This document shows positions 30,331 to 40,817 of a stretch of DNA of 64,000 nucleotides, in pieces. Under the pieces are notes generated by a model. It was given only the letters and a program-made list of their open reading frames with translations. It made no database searches and had not been told where the DNA came from. Every line of letters begins with the position of its first letter. Position 1 is the first letter of the stretch. The DNA comes from an uncultured Acidobacteriota bacterium (lineage in GTDB: Bacteria; Acidobacteriota; Thermoanaerobaculia; Gp7-AA8): assembly GCA_963822445.1 (NCBI GenBank), contig CAWGHO010000003.1, positions 1,344,001-1,408,000 of the forward strand, given 5' to 3'. Both the position numbers and the translations under genes were made by a program.

Positions 30331-31059
30331 ATGCTCGAAATGAGAAACATCAAGAAGGTCTACCGCACCGACACGATCCAGACCCATGCACTCGAGGACT
30401 TCTCGCTGGTCGTCAATTCAGGCGAGTTCGTTTCGGTGATGGGGCCGTCCGGCTCCGGCAAGACCACGTTCCTGAACGTGGCCGGCCTGCTGGACACCTT
30501 CGACTCCGGCACGTATCTCCTGGCCGGCAAGGACGTCAGCCGTCTGTCGGACAGCGAGATGTCGCGCTTCCGCAATCAGGCCATCGGCTTCGTCTTCCAG
30601 TCGTTCAACCTGATCCCCGACCTGAACGTCTTCGATAACGTCGACGTCCCCCTGCGCTACCGCGGCCTCGGCGCATCCGATCGCAAGGAGCGCATCGAGC
30701 GGTCGCTGGAACTGGTCGGACTCTCGTCGCGCGCGAAACATCTGCCCTCGCAGCTCTCCGGCGGCCAGCAGCAGCGCGTGGCCATCGCGCGCGTCCTGGC
30801 CGGCGATCCGAAACTGATCCTGGCCGACGAGCCGACGGGCAACCTCGACTCGCTCATGGCCCGCGAGATCATGGACCTCCTCGACCGCATCAACGAGGCC
30901 GGCACGACCATCGTCATGGTCACGCACAGCCCCGAATGCGCCGTCCGCGCGCAGCGCCAGATCCACGTGCTCGACGGCCGCGTCGTCGATCTCGAAACCC
31001 CGCGCATGTCCCTGACCGCGCCGGCAGTCGGTGCGGGCATGGCGTCGACGCTGAGATAA
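30331..31059 (+). CDS. ABC ATP-binding protein (MacB/LolD-like)
   Basis: GPSGSGKT, FVFQSFNL, LSGGQQQRV, ADEPTGNLD. Confidence 0.93.
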   Translation: MLEMRNIKKVYRTDTIQTHALEDFSLVVNSGEFVSVMGPSGSGKTTFLNVAGLLDTFDSGTYLLAGKDVSRLSDSEMSRFRNQAIGFVFQSFNLIPDLNVFDNVDVPLRYRGLGASDRKERIERSLELVGLSSRAKHLPSQLSGGQQQRVAIARVLAGDPKLILADEPTGNLDSLMAREIMDLLDRINEAGTTIVMVTHSPECAVRAQRQIHVLDGRVVDLETPRMSLTAPAVGAGMASTLR

Positions 31060-31065
31060 AGAAGA

Positions 31066-31145
31066 GGTTGCTGGGTTGCTAGGTTGCTGGGTTGCTGGGT
31101 CCCTTCCACCCCGCAGCAACCCAGCAACTCAGCAACCCAGCAACC
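31066..31145. repeat. Inverted tandem-octamer hairpin (GGTTGCTG)x4 / (CAGCAACC)x4
   Basis: Read directly from the sequence. Confidence 0.9.
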
Positions 31146-31157
31146 AAAGGAAAAACC

Positions 31158-32474
31158 ATGTTCCTCTACAACCTTCGCATCGCCGCCAAAAGCCTTCGCC
31201 GCAATCCCGTTCTGACGACGTTGCTCGTCGGGGCGATTGCGCTCGGCATCTGCGTTTCCACCACCTTCATCGCGCTGCGCCACGTCTACGAAAAAGATCC
31301 GCTGCCGGGCAAGAGCGGAACGATGTTCAACGTCCGGCTCGACACGTGGGATCCGACCCGCGCGTACAACGCGGACGATCCGAAGTCGCTGCCGGTGATG
31401 CTCACGTATCGCGACGCGCGCTCGTTGATGAAGTCGACCATCCCCACGCGCCAGACCGCGACGTACAAGACCACGAGCTTCATCTTCCCCGATCCGAAAC
31501 AGGGCAAGCCGTTCAATCAGGACGTGCGCCTGGTCTTCACCGATTTCTTCGGCATGTTCAACGTGCCGTTCAAACACGGCGGACCGTGGGACAAGGCCGC
31601 GGACGCGAAGCCGGAGCAGGTCGTGGTCATCGACTCGGCCATGAACGAGCGCCTGTTCAAAAACGCGAACAGCGTCGGCAAGACCGTCCGCATCGACGAG
31701 CGCGACTACAAAGTCGTCGGCGTCCTCGACACCTGGAAGCCGGCATTCCGCTACTACGACTCGAACCAGGGCGGTTTCAGCTCGCAGCCCGAGTCGTTCT
31801 TCATCCCCTTCAACTTCACCGAGCCGCTGGAGATCATCACCACCGGCAACAGCGATGGCTGGAAGGGAACGGACGGCGACGGCTATCAGGCCTACCTCAA
31901 CTCCGAGCAGACCTGGCTCATGTACTGGGCGGAGCTGCCGACGCCGGAGAAGCAGCAGGCCTTCCGCGATCTCGTCCGCAGCCACATCCTCGATCAGAAG
32001 AAGCTGGGCCGCTTCCCGCGTCCGCTGCACTTCAAGGTCAGCTCGATGACGGAGCTGTTCGAGGAGTTCGGCAAGGTGCCGACGGCGGTGAAGTCGATGA
32101 GCATCGTCTCGCTGCTCTTTCTCATCGTCTGCTCGCTGAACCTGGTCGGCCTCCTGCTCGGAAAGTTCCTGGCCCGCGTTCCCGAAGTCTCAGTTCGCCG
32201 GGCCCTCGGCGCGAGCCGCTGGCAGGTCTTCGTGCAGCACGTCGTCGAATGTGAGCTCGTCGGAATCATCGGCGGCATCATCGGCCTCGTGCTGTCGCTC
32301 GGGATCCTGGAGATGATCTCCAAGTTCCTCCCCAACGGCCACATCGTCGCCCTGGACATGGAGATGGTCGGCGTCTCGATCTTCCTCTCCCTCGTGGCCG
32401 GCCTGCTGGCCGGCATTTACCCGTCGTGGCGCGTCTGCTCGATCGCGCCGGCAATGCAGCTCAAGGTTCAGTAG
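31158..32474 (+). CDS. ABC permease (MacB/FtsX-like)
   Basis: 'SLRRNPVLT', periplasmic core, 'EVSVRRALGAS', 'LAGIYPSWR'. Confidence 0.9.
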   Translation: MFLYNLRIAAKSLRRNPVLTTLLVGAIALGICVSTTFIALRHVYEKDPLPGKSGTMFNVRLDTWDPTRAYNADDPKSLPVMLTYRDARSLMKSTIPTRQTATYKTTSFIFPDPKQGKPFNQDVRLVFTDFFGMFNVPFKHGGPWDKAADAKPEQVVVIDSAMNERLFKNANSVGKTVRIDERDYKVVGVLDTWKPAFRYYDSNQGGFSSQPESFFIPFNFTEPLEIITTGNSDGWKGTDGDGYQAYLNSEQTWLMYWAELPTPEKQQAFRDLVRSHILDQKKLGRFPRPLHFKVSSMTELFEEFGKVPTAVKSMSIVSLLFLIVCSLNLVGLLLGKFLARVPEVSVRRALGASRWQVFVQHVVECELVGIIGGIIGLVLSLGILEMISKFLPNGHIVALDMEMVGVSIFLSLVAGLLAGIYPSWRVCSIAPAMQLKVQ

Positions 32475-32483
32475 GAGACCGCC

Positions 32484-33686
32484 ATGCCCATCGGACCGAT
32501 TCTTCGCTCCATGAAGCACAACCGCACGCGGTTCGCGCTCATCATTCTCGAGATCGCGATCACGCTGGCCATCGTCACGAACTGCGTGAACATGATCATG
32601 GCCGAGCGCACGAAGATGCAGCAGAAGTCGGGCTTCGACGACGAGAACCTGCTGGCGGTGTCGCATGCACCGTTCGCGAAGGAGTTCGAGGACGACGGTT
32701 TCAACGAAAACGTCGTGAACGCCGACCTCCGCGCGATCAAGGCCATGCCCGGCGTGAAGGCCGCGGCGGCCACGCGCTTCCTTCCGTGGCAGGGTGGCGG
32801 CAGCTCGGGGATCTGGAAGACCGAGGGGTATTCGGACAAGTTCCAGGCGCAGCTTTATGCCGCTCGCGGGGGAGTGTTCGACGTGCTCGGCACGAAGATC
32901 ACTCAAGGCCGCGACTTCACCGAGAACGACACGCCCGCCGATCCGAACGAATCGACGAAAGTCACGATCATCAGCCGCGCCCTGGCCAGGAAACTGTGGG
33001 GCGACGCGAATCCGATCGGCAAAGTGATCACCTCCGGCGATGGCGACACGCCGCGGCAGGTGATCGGCGTCATCGAAGAGTTCTTCAACCCGTACGCGTG
33101 GAACATCGGCGAGTACGTGCTGTTCACGCCGGGACGCTCGTACGGATCGTTCGGTGCGCGCTATCTGATCCGCACCGAGCCGGGCCAGATGAAGCAGGTC
33201 GCCTCGCAGATCGAAGCGCGCCTCCTCGGCGTGAACTCGGGCCGCGTCTTCCGCTCGCAGACCATCTCCGAGGTGAAGGATGGCTACTTCACCGCGGGCA
33301 AACTGATCATCCGCTCGATGACCGCCGTGATCGTGGTCCTGGTCTTCGTCACCGCGCTGGGCATCCTCGGCATCACGTCGCTGGCTGTGGCTGAGCGCAC
33401 GAAACAGATCGGCACTCGCCGCGCCCTCGGCGCGACAAAGGGAGACATCCTCAAACACTTCCTCACCGAAAACTGGATCGTCACCACCGCCGGCCTCCTC
33501 CTCGGCGTCGCCGCAACGTACGGCCTGAACTACTTCCTGGTCAGCCAGTTCACCGAGACGAAGATGCCCTGGTACCTGGTCGGAATCGGAATGGTCCTGC
33601 TCTGGCTCAACGGCCTGATCGCGACGATCCCGCCCGCGCTTCGCGCCGCGACCGTGTCGCCGGCGATCGCGACGAGATCTGTATAA
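32484..33686 (+). CDS. ABC permease (MacB/FtsX-like)
   Basis: 'RTKQIGTRRALGAT', 'PALRAATVSPAIATR'. Confidence 0.9.
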   Translation: MPIGPILRSMKHNRTRFALIILEIAITLAIVTNCVNMIMAERTKMQQKSGFDDENLLAVSHAPFAKEFEDDGFNENVVNADLRAIKAMPGVKAAAATRFLPWQGGGSSGIWKTEGYSDKFQAQLYAARGGVFDVLGTKITQGRDFTENDTPADPNESTKVTIISRALARKLWGDANPIGKVITSGDGDTPRQVIGVIEEFFNPYAWNIGEYVLFTPGRSYGSFGARYLIRTEPGQMKQVASQIEARLLGVNSGRVFRSQTISEVKDGYFTAGKLIIRSMTAVIVVLVFVTALGILGITSLAVAERTKQIGTRRALGATKGDILKHFLTENWIVTTAGLLLGVAATYGLNYFLVSQFTETKMPWYLVGIGMVLLWLNGLIATIPPALRAATVSPAIATRSV

Positions 33687-33689
33687 ACC

Positions 33690-33766
33690 GGTTATCGGGT
33701 TGTCGAGTTGTCAGGTTGTCAGGTCGTTTTCACCCGACAACCCGATAACCTGACAACCCGACAACC
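33690..33766. repeat. Inverted tandem-octamer hairpin (GGTTGTCR)x4 / (YGACAACC)x4
   Basis: Read directly from the sequence. Confidence 0.9.
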
Positions 33767-33771
33767 TACTT

Positions 33772-35090
<1,319 letters not shown>

Positions 35091-35091
<1 letters not shown>

Positions 35092-35174
35092 GTCGCAGAG
35101 TCTCAGAGTCGCAGAGTCTCGAAGAGGGCGTTTGCGAGATCTCTGAGACTTTGAGACTCTGCGACTTTGAGACT
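35091..35174. repeat. Inverted tandem-octamer hairpin (AGTCKCAG)x4 / (YTGMGACT)x4
   Basis: Read directly; the last unit contains the putative TTG start of the downstream kinase. Confidence 0.85.
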
Positions 35175-36459
35175 CAGCACTCGCGCGGCATTGGCAATTC
35201 TCTTCAGCGTGGTCGTCGCGCTCGCGGCGGTGTTTCTCGCTTCCTTCTTCCTCCCTCCTTACGCGGCCTACGCCTTGGCATTGCTGGTGACCATCCCCTT
35301 GATCATCTGGGGGGCCATGCGCATCGATCATTACGTCACGCACGCGATGGCTGGTCTCGACGACGGCTTGCGCGCGTTCCGCGATTCCGACTTTGCGATG
35401 CGCCTCGCCGCGGAAGGCGTGGACGAGGTGTCGCATGTGAAGCGGGTCTACAACGACGTCGCCGACGTGCTGCGCACGCAACGCTCGGACATCTACCAGA
35501 AGGAACTGCTGCTCGACATGATTCTGCAGCGCACGCCGGTGGCCGTGCTGCTGATCAACGCAGCGGACCGCATCGTTTACTCGAACGCCGCCGCACGGGA
35601 GCTGTTCGCGACCGGCGCGCGACTGGATGGTCATCGCTTCACCGACATTGCGGACCGCGTTGCAGAACCGGTGCGCGAGGTTCTCGCGACGCGAGGCGAT
35701 GCGCTGGTCACGGTGCCGGGAGTCGATCAGGACGAGACCGTACACGTCACCCAGCGCACGTTCCGCATCAACACGCAGGAGCACCGGCTGGTCCTCGTCG
35801 AACGGCTGACCGCGGAGTTGCGCCGCCAGGAAGTGAGCATCTGGAAGAAAGCGATCCGGGTGCTCAATCACGAGTTGAACAACACCATCGCCCCGATCAG
35901 CTCACTCGTGCATTCGGCGAAGCTGGCCCAGGCCAACCCCGAACGGCACGACCGGCTCGAGGAGATCTACGAGACGATCGACGAGCGCCTGGCGTTCCTG
36001 CGGTCGTTCCTCGAGTCCTACGCGAAATTCGCGCGCCTTCCCGCGCCGCGAAAGGAGCAGACGGCATGGGAGGACGTGCTGGCGGACGTGCGCGCCATCT
36101 ACGACTTTCGCGTGGAAGGAGATCCGCGCGTGGAGTCGCTGATCGATCGCGCGCAGATGCAGCAGGTCCTGATCAACCTAGTCAAGAACGCACACGAATC
36201 AGGCAGCGATCCCGATGAAGTCGTCGTGGCCATTCAGCGCGTCCCCGATGGCACAGTCGTGCGCGTCTCCGACGCCGGCCCGGGAATGCCCGACGACGTC
36301 ATGCGCCAGGCCCTCCTCCCGTTCTACTCGACCAAAGCCGGCGGCTCCGGCGTCGGCCTCGCCCTCAGCAACGAGATCATCGAAGCGCATGGGGGACGGA
36401 TGCGGTTGCAACGACGGGAGACTGGGGGGACGGTTGTTACTTGTTGGTTGCCGGCCTAG
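35167..36459 (+). CDS. Sensor histidine kinase (NtrY-like, TM-PAS-HK)
   Basis: 'RVLNHELNN', 'NLVKNAHE', 'PFYSTK.GGSGVGL'. Confidence 0.9.
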   Translation: MRLSTRAALAILFSVVVALAAVFLASFFLPPYAAYALALLVTIPLIIWGAMRIDHYVTHAMAGLDDGLRAFRDSDFAMRLAAEGVDEVSHVKRVYNDVADVLRTQRSDIYQKELLLDMILQRTPVAVLLINAADRIVYSNAAARELFATGARLDGHRFTDIADRVAEPVREVLATRGDALVTVPGVDQDETVHVTQRTFRINTQEHRLVLVERLTAELRRQEVSIWKKAIRVLNHELNNTIAPISSLVHSAKLAQANPERHDRLEEIYETIDERLAFLRSFLESYAKFARLPAPRKEQTAWEDVLADVRAIYDFRVEGDPRVESLIDRAQMQQVLINLVKNAHESGSDPDEVVVAIQRVPDGTVVRVSDAGPGMPDDVMRQALLPFYSTKAGGSGVGLALSNEIIEAHGGRMRLQRRETGGTVVTCWLPA

Positions 36460-37430
36460 CCGAAGACGTCGCGTCGCGTGAACAACGTATACGCCACGAC
36501 TAACGCCCCCACCGCCCACGCGCCGAGAAGTCCGATACAAAATGTCATCGACATTCCTTCGTACGGCGTGGCCTGGCCGGTGTAGTAATCGGCGAGGGGC
36601 AGGGCGCTGACGAAGAGGTATTTGCCGGCGGTCCAGTCGGGGCTGACGCGGGTGAGGATCGTGCCGCCGATCAGGGAGGCGAGCATCGTTCCGATCGATG
36701 CCGCGGATGACTTAAAGATCACCGACAGCATCAATGCGATCGAGGCCACGGTCAGCAGGGCGTACCACTCCAGGCCGTAGGCGAGGAGCATGTCGTGCCA
36801 GAGCGGGAGCTGGCGGATCGAATCGACCTTGAAGTTGTCGCCGCTGAATTGGAAGCCGTTGAAGGTCGGCGCGTCCCATCCGCCGGGTGGCAAAACCGGT
36901 GCGGTCACCGCGTACGAAACCAGCGCTCCGACGAGCAACGTCAATGACGCGAAGAGCCAGAGCGTCACCAGCTTCGCGCTGAGGATCTTCCAACGCCGCA
37001 CGGGGCGGGTCAGCAAGAGCTTGTCGGTGCCCTCCGCGTTTTCTGCCGAGACGATGTCGCTGCCGAGGACGGCGACGAGGAGGGGGAGGAGGAGGAAGCC
37101 GGCGGCGTTCGCGAACGTGCGCACGACCAGCGGTGCAGTCGGCTGCTCGGGATTGATGCCGCGATCGAGATAGAACTGCAGGCGCCGCACTTCGGCGCGC
37201 ATCGAGCGCAGCCACGATTCATTCATCCGCCCGCGGCGCATCCGGTTCTCGTAGCGCGCGATCCGCTCCTGCAGCTCCGCGCGCCAGTTCGCATTGCGCA
37301 GCTCGCGAAGCTGGCGGTACTGCGAGTAGGAGACGAGGGTGAGGATCACGAACATGATCCCCACCACGATCGCGAATCTCTTGCGACGCAGGAGCTTCAG
37401 CGTTTCGTTGCGGATGAGGGCGAGGAACAC
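36456..37430 (-). CDS. ABC-2 type permease
   Basis: 'LIRNETLKL', 'DIVSAENAEGTDKLLLTRPVRRWKILSAK', 'FTRRDV'. Confidence 0.88.
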   Translation of the reverse strand: MFLALIRNETLKLLRRKRFAIVVGIMFVILTLVSYSQYRQLRELRNANWRAELQERIARYENRMRRGRMNESWLRSMRAEVRRLQFYLDRGINPEQPTAPLVVRTFANAAGFLLLPLLVAVLGSDIVSAENAEGTDKLLLTRPVRRWKILSAKLVTLWLFASLTLLVGALVSYAVTAPVLPPGGWDAPTFNGFQFSGDNFKVDSIRQLPLWHDMLLAYGLEWYALLTVASIALMLSVIFKSSAASIGTMLASLIGGTILTRVSPDWTAGKYLFVSALPLADYYTGQATPYEGMSMTFCIGLLGAWAVGALVVAYTLFTRRDVFG

Positions 37431-37435
37431 GATCG

Positions 37436-37912
37436 TTATTTCGGCGCGTCGTGCCAGTGGCCGTGCTCGGGCGACCAGACCTTGCCCGGAGGAACCTCGC
37501 CGGGAGGCTGGGGCACGGCTCTTCGGTTGACCTGTACGTTGGTCGCCGGCTTCGTGCCCGGTGCGGCGCCCGGCGTGACCTGCACCGGCGCGGCGCCGCC
37601 GGCGGCAGGCACGTCATGCCAGTGCCCATGCTCGACCGACCAGACTTTGCCGGGAGGAGCGGGACCGGGCTGCGGTTTTCCGGGTTGCATCGGCGCGGAC
37701 GCGGGGGCCGCGGCGTTGGTACGCGCGCGCGTCGCCGAACCGTCGTCGCGACCGGTGATTGAGCCGATGATGCCGACCGCGGCGATGATGCCGATCGCGG
37801 CGAGCAGGGCGATCAACCCTTTCGACACTCCGCGCTGGGATTTCCCCGCGCAGCAGTTCTTGTACTTGAGATTGCTTCCACAGGGGCAGGGCTCGTTTCT
37901 TCCGATGGCCAT
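37436..37912 (-). CDS. SEC-C motif membrane protein with two WSxEHGHWHD repeats
   Basis: 'GRNEPCPCGSNLKYKNCC', TM helix, Pro-rich linker, duplicated His-rich motif. Confidence 0.85.
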   Translation of the reverse strand: MAIGRNEPCPCGSNLKYKNCCAGKSQRGVSKGLIALLAAIGIIAAVGIIGSITGRDDGSATRARTNAAAPASAPMQPGKPQPGPAPPGKVWSVEHGHWHDVPAAGGAAPVQVTPGAAPGTKPATNVQVNRRAVPQPPGEVPPGKVWSPEHGHWHDAPK

Positions 37913-37921
37913 TGCCGATCC

Positions 37922-38422
37922 TTATAGCCGCAACGCCATTCGATGTTCAACGACGCTCTGGTTACCTTCGCGCAACGCATCGGGCTCCGTGCCCCAGACC
38001 TGGAAGCCCGCGCGCTCGTAAAGCCGCCGCGCGGCCGGGGCGGCGGAGGTGACGCCGAGGAAGACCCATTCGATGCCTTCCGTCGCGCGGCAATGATCGA
38101 GTGCGGCCTGCAGAAGTGCCGCGGCGACGCCGCGCCCGCGCGCGGACGGCGTGACGTACATGCCCCAGAGATGCATCTTGTGCGCGGCCTTGACGTGGCG
38201 GTCGCGAATGAGGCCGACCGTGCCGACTAGCCGGTCTTCGAACGCGCCAAAGATCATCCAGTCCGGCGCCTTCTTCAACTGCACGCTCAGGTCCTTCACC
38301 GACGACGCGAAGTCGTCGTCCGGCGACGCCGCGAACGCGAGCGGCGCATCGAGCAGCGCTTCGCGCCGGATGGCGACGTACGTGGGAAGGTCGTCGTCGG
38401 TGAGCGCGCGAATCATGGTCAT
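37922..38422 (-). CDS. GNAT family N-acetyltransferase
   Basis: 'MYVTPSARGRGVA', 'ARRLYERAGF'. Confidence 0.9.
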   Translation of the reverse strand: MTMIRALTDDDLPTYVAIRREALLDAPLAFAASPDDDFASSVKDLSVQLKKAPDWMIFGAFEDRLVGTVGLIRDRHVKAAHKMHLWGMYVTPSARGRGVAAALLQAALDHCRATEGIEWVFLGVTSAAPAARRLYERAGFQVWGTEPDALREGNQSVVEHRMALRL

Positions 38423-38933
38423 GCGGGCGAAGTCTCCGCAACGAAGCGCCGGCAGAGCGGAACCATCAGCTTCTGGAGCAGCAGCGTGTAAGGAATGAAC
38501 ATCGTCGCGACGACCACGCCGGAAACCAGCATGAGCTTCAGCGGATCGGGTTTGTATCCGAGGAGCTGGGCGCCGGCTTGCGCCAGCGGATACCACGATC
38601 CGAAAAACAGCAGCAGCCCGAACCAGATCCCGTTCCTGCCGAGAGCGTGGCGGAAGAGACCGGGATAGAGGATGGCGATGCCGCCACCCATCGCCGCGAA
38701 GACGAGCACGACTTCGATCGAGCCGCTGACGCTGATCCGCGGCGGCGCACTGGCGAAGAAGGCGACGACGCGCATAGCCATGCGCGCGGCGAGGCCCAAC
38801 CAGAGGCCGGCGAGCAACCCCGCGAGCGCCGCGGCCGGGATCTCGTACAACACGCGCACGCTCTCGCCGCGCTTGATCGCGATGGTGTAACGGATGGCGG
38901 TGACGGCGATTGCCGCGGCGAGGGTGTAGGCCA

Positions 38934-38934
<1 letters not shown>
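38419..38934 (-). CDS. Hypothetical integral membrane protein
   Basis: Several hydrophobic helices; translationally coupled to both neighbours. Confidence 0.6.
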
Positions 38935-39839
<905 letters not shown>

Positions 39840-39847
39840 ACGTCGTT

Positions 39848-39962
39848 CTTCAGTTTATCCCGCGCGTAGACGCGGGATCTCTTCGTGCACCGGCAGCAAA
39901 CGGGCCATGGTCCTCGTTCGTGCACCGGGAGATCCCGCGTCTTCGCGCGGGATAAACTGAAG
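39848..39962. repeat. REP/MITE-like element with 34-bp terminal inverted repeats
   Basis: CTTCAGTTTATCCCGCGCGTAGACGCGGGATCTC and its near-perfect reverse complement; internal direct repeat TTCGTGCACCGG. Confidence 0.8.
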
Positions 39963-39969
39963 CGCGATC

Positions 39970-40719
39970 ATGCGCCGGTTCCTGTTCTGGTATCTCCCGG
40001 TCTTCGCCTCCGTACTCGCCGCGTCGGTATTCGCGTACGGCTTTGCCGCTTATCTGCGCGGCGACACCGGCGAGCCGGTCGAGGTCGTGCGTCCGTCAGC
40101 GGTCGCGCCGACTCCCATCGCGCCGCAGAAACTGATCGCCCCGATCATCCTCGGCGACTCGCTCGCGCGCGGCGCGGGCGATGAGAAAGGGATGGGCATC
40201 GCCGGCCGGCTCGATCAGGAGCTGAAACGCCGCGGGGTCCGCGCGCGGCGCACGTTCAACATCGGCATCAACGGCGCGCGCACGGCAGATCTGCTCCGTC
40301 AGATCGAAGCGGCGAACGTGCAGGAGCTCCTTCGGCAGTCGAACGTGATTGTGATCTCCATCGGCGGCAACGATCTATGGGGCGGCGCCGACTGGCGCTC
40401 CGCACCGCCGAGCGATCCGGAAAAGGCGATGAGGGACGTGCTCGATCGCATCGCCACGGTCGTCGAGAAGGTGCGCGTTGCGAATCCCGGTGCGCGGATT
40501 TTCTTCGTGGGGTTGTACAGCCCGATGGGGAAGATGCTCTCGCCGTACGTGACGCGCTGGAACGCGCAGATGCTGGAGCGATTCGGGAGCGATGCTGATT
40601 TCACGCTCGTGCAGACGGCGGATTTGTTTTCGCACCGGGACAGGCTGTCGCTGGACCGGTTTCATCCGAGTGGGGAAGGGTACGAGTTGATCGCGCGGCG
40701 GATCGCCGACGCGTTGTAG
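39970..40719 (+). CDS. SGNH/GDSL hydrolase
   Basis: 'LGDSLARG', 'GINGA', 'IGGND', 'DRFHP'. Confidence 0.9.
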   Translation: MRRFLFWYLPVFASVLAASVFAYGFAAYLRGDTGEPVEVVRPSAVAPTPIAPQKLIAPIILGDSLARGAGDEKGMGIAGRLDQELKRRGVRARRTFNIGINGARTADLLRQIEAANVQELLRQSNVIVISIGGNDLWGGADWRSAPPSDPEKAMRDVLDRIATVVEKVRVANPGARIFFVGLYSPMGKMLSPYVTRWNAQMLERFGSDADFTLVQTADLFSHRDRLSLDRFHPSGEGYELIARRIADAL

Positions 40720-40725
40720 GTCCGT

Positions 40726-40813
40726 TCTGGACTGCGGTGGCAAAGCCACCGCTCTTACTTGCCGCGGCTTAGCCGCGGCGTTGAGAGCGGCAGCTCTGCT
40801 GCCGCAGTCCAGA
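40726..40813. repeat. REP-like palindromic element (TCTGGACTGCGG...CCGCAGTCCAGA family)
   Basis: Nested hairpins between convergent genes; related copies at 47467 and 58430. Confidence 0.8.
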
Positions 40814-40817
40814 GTTG

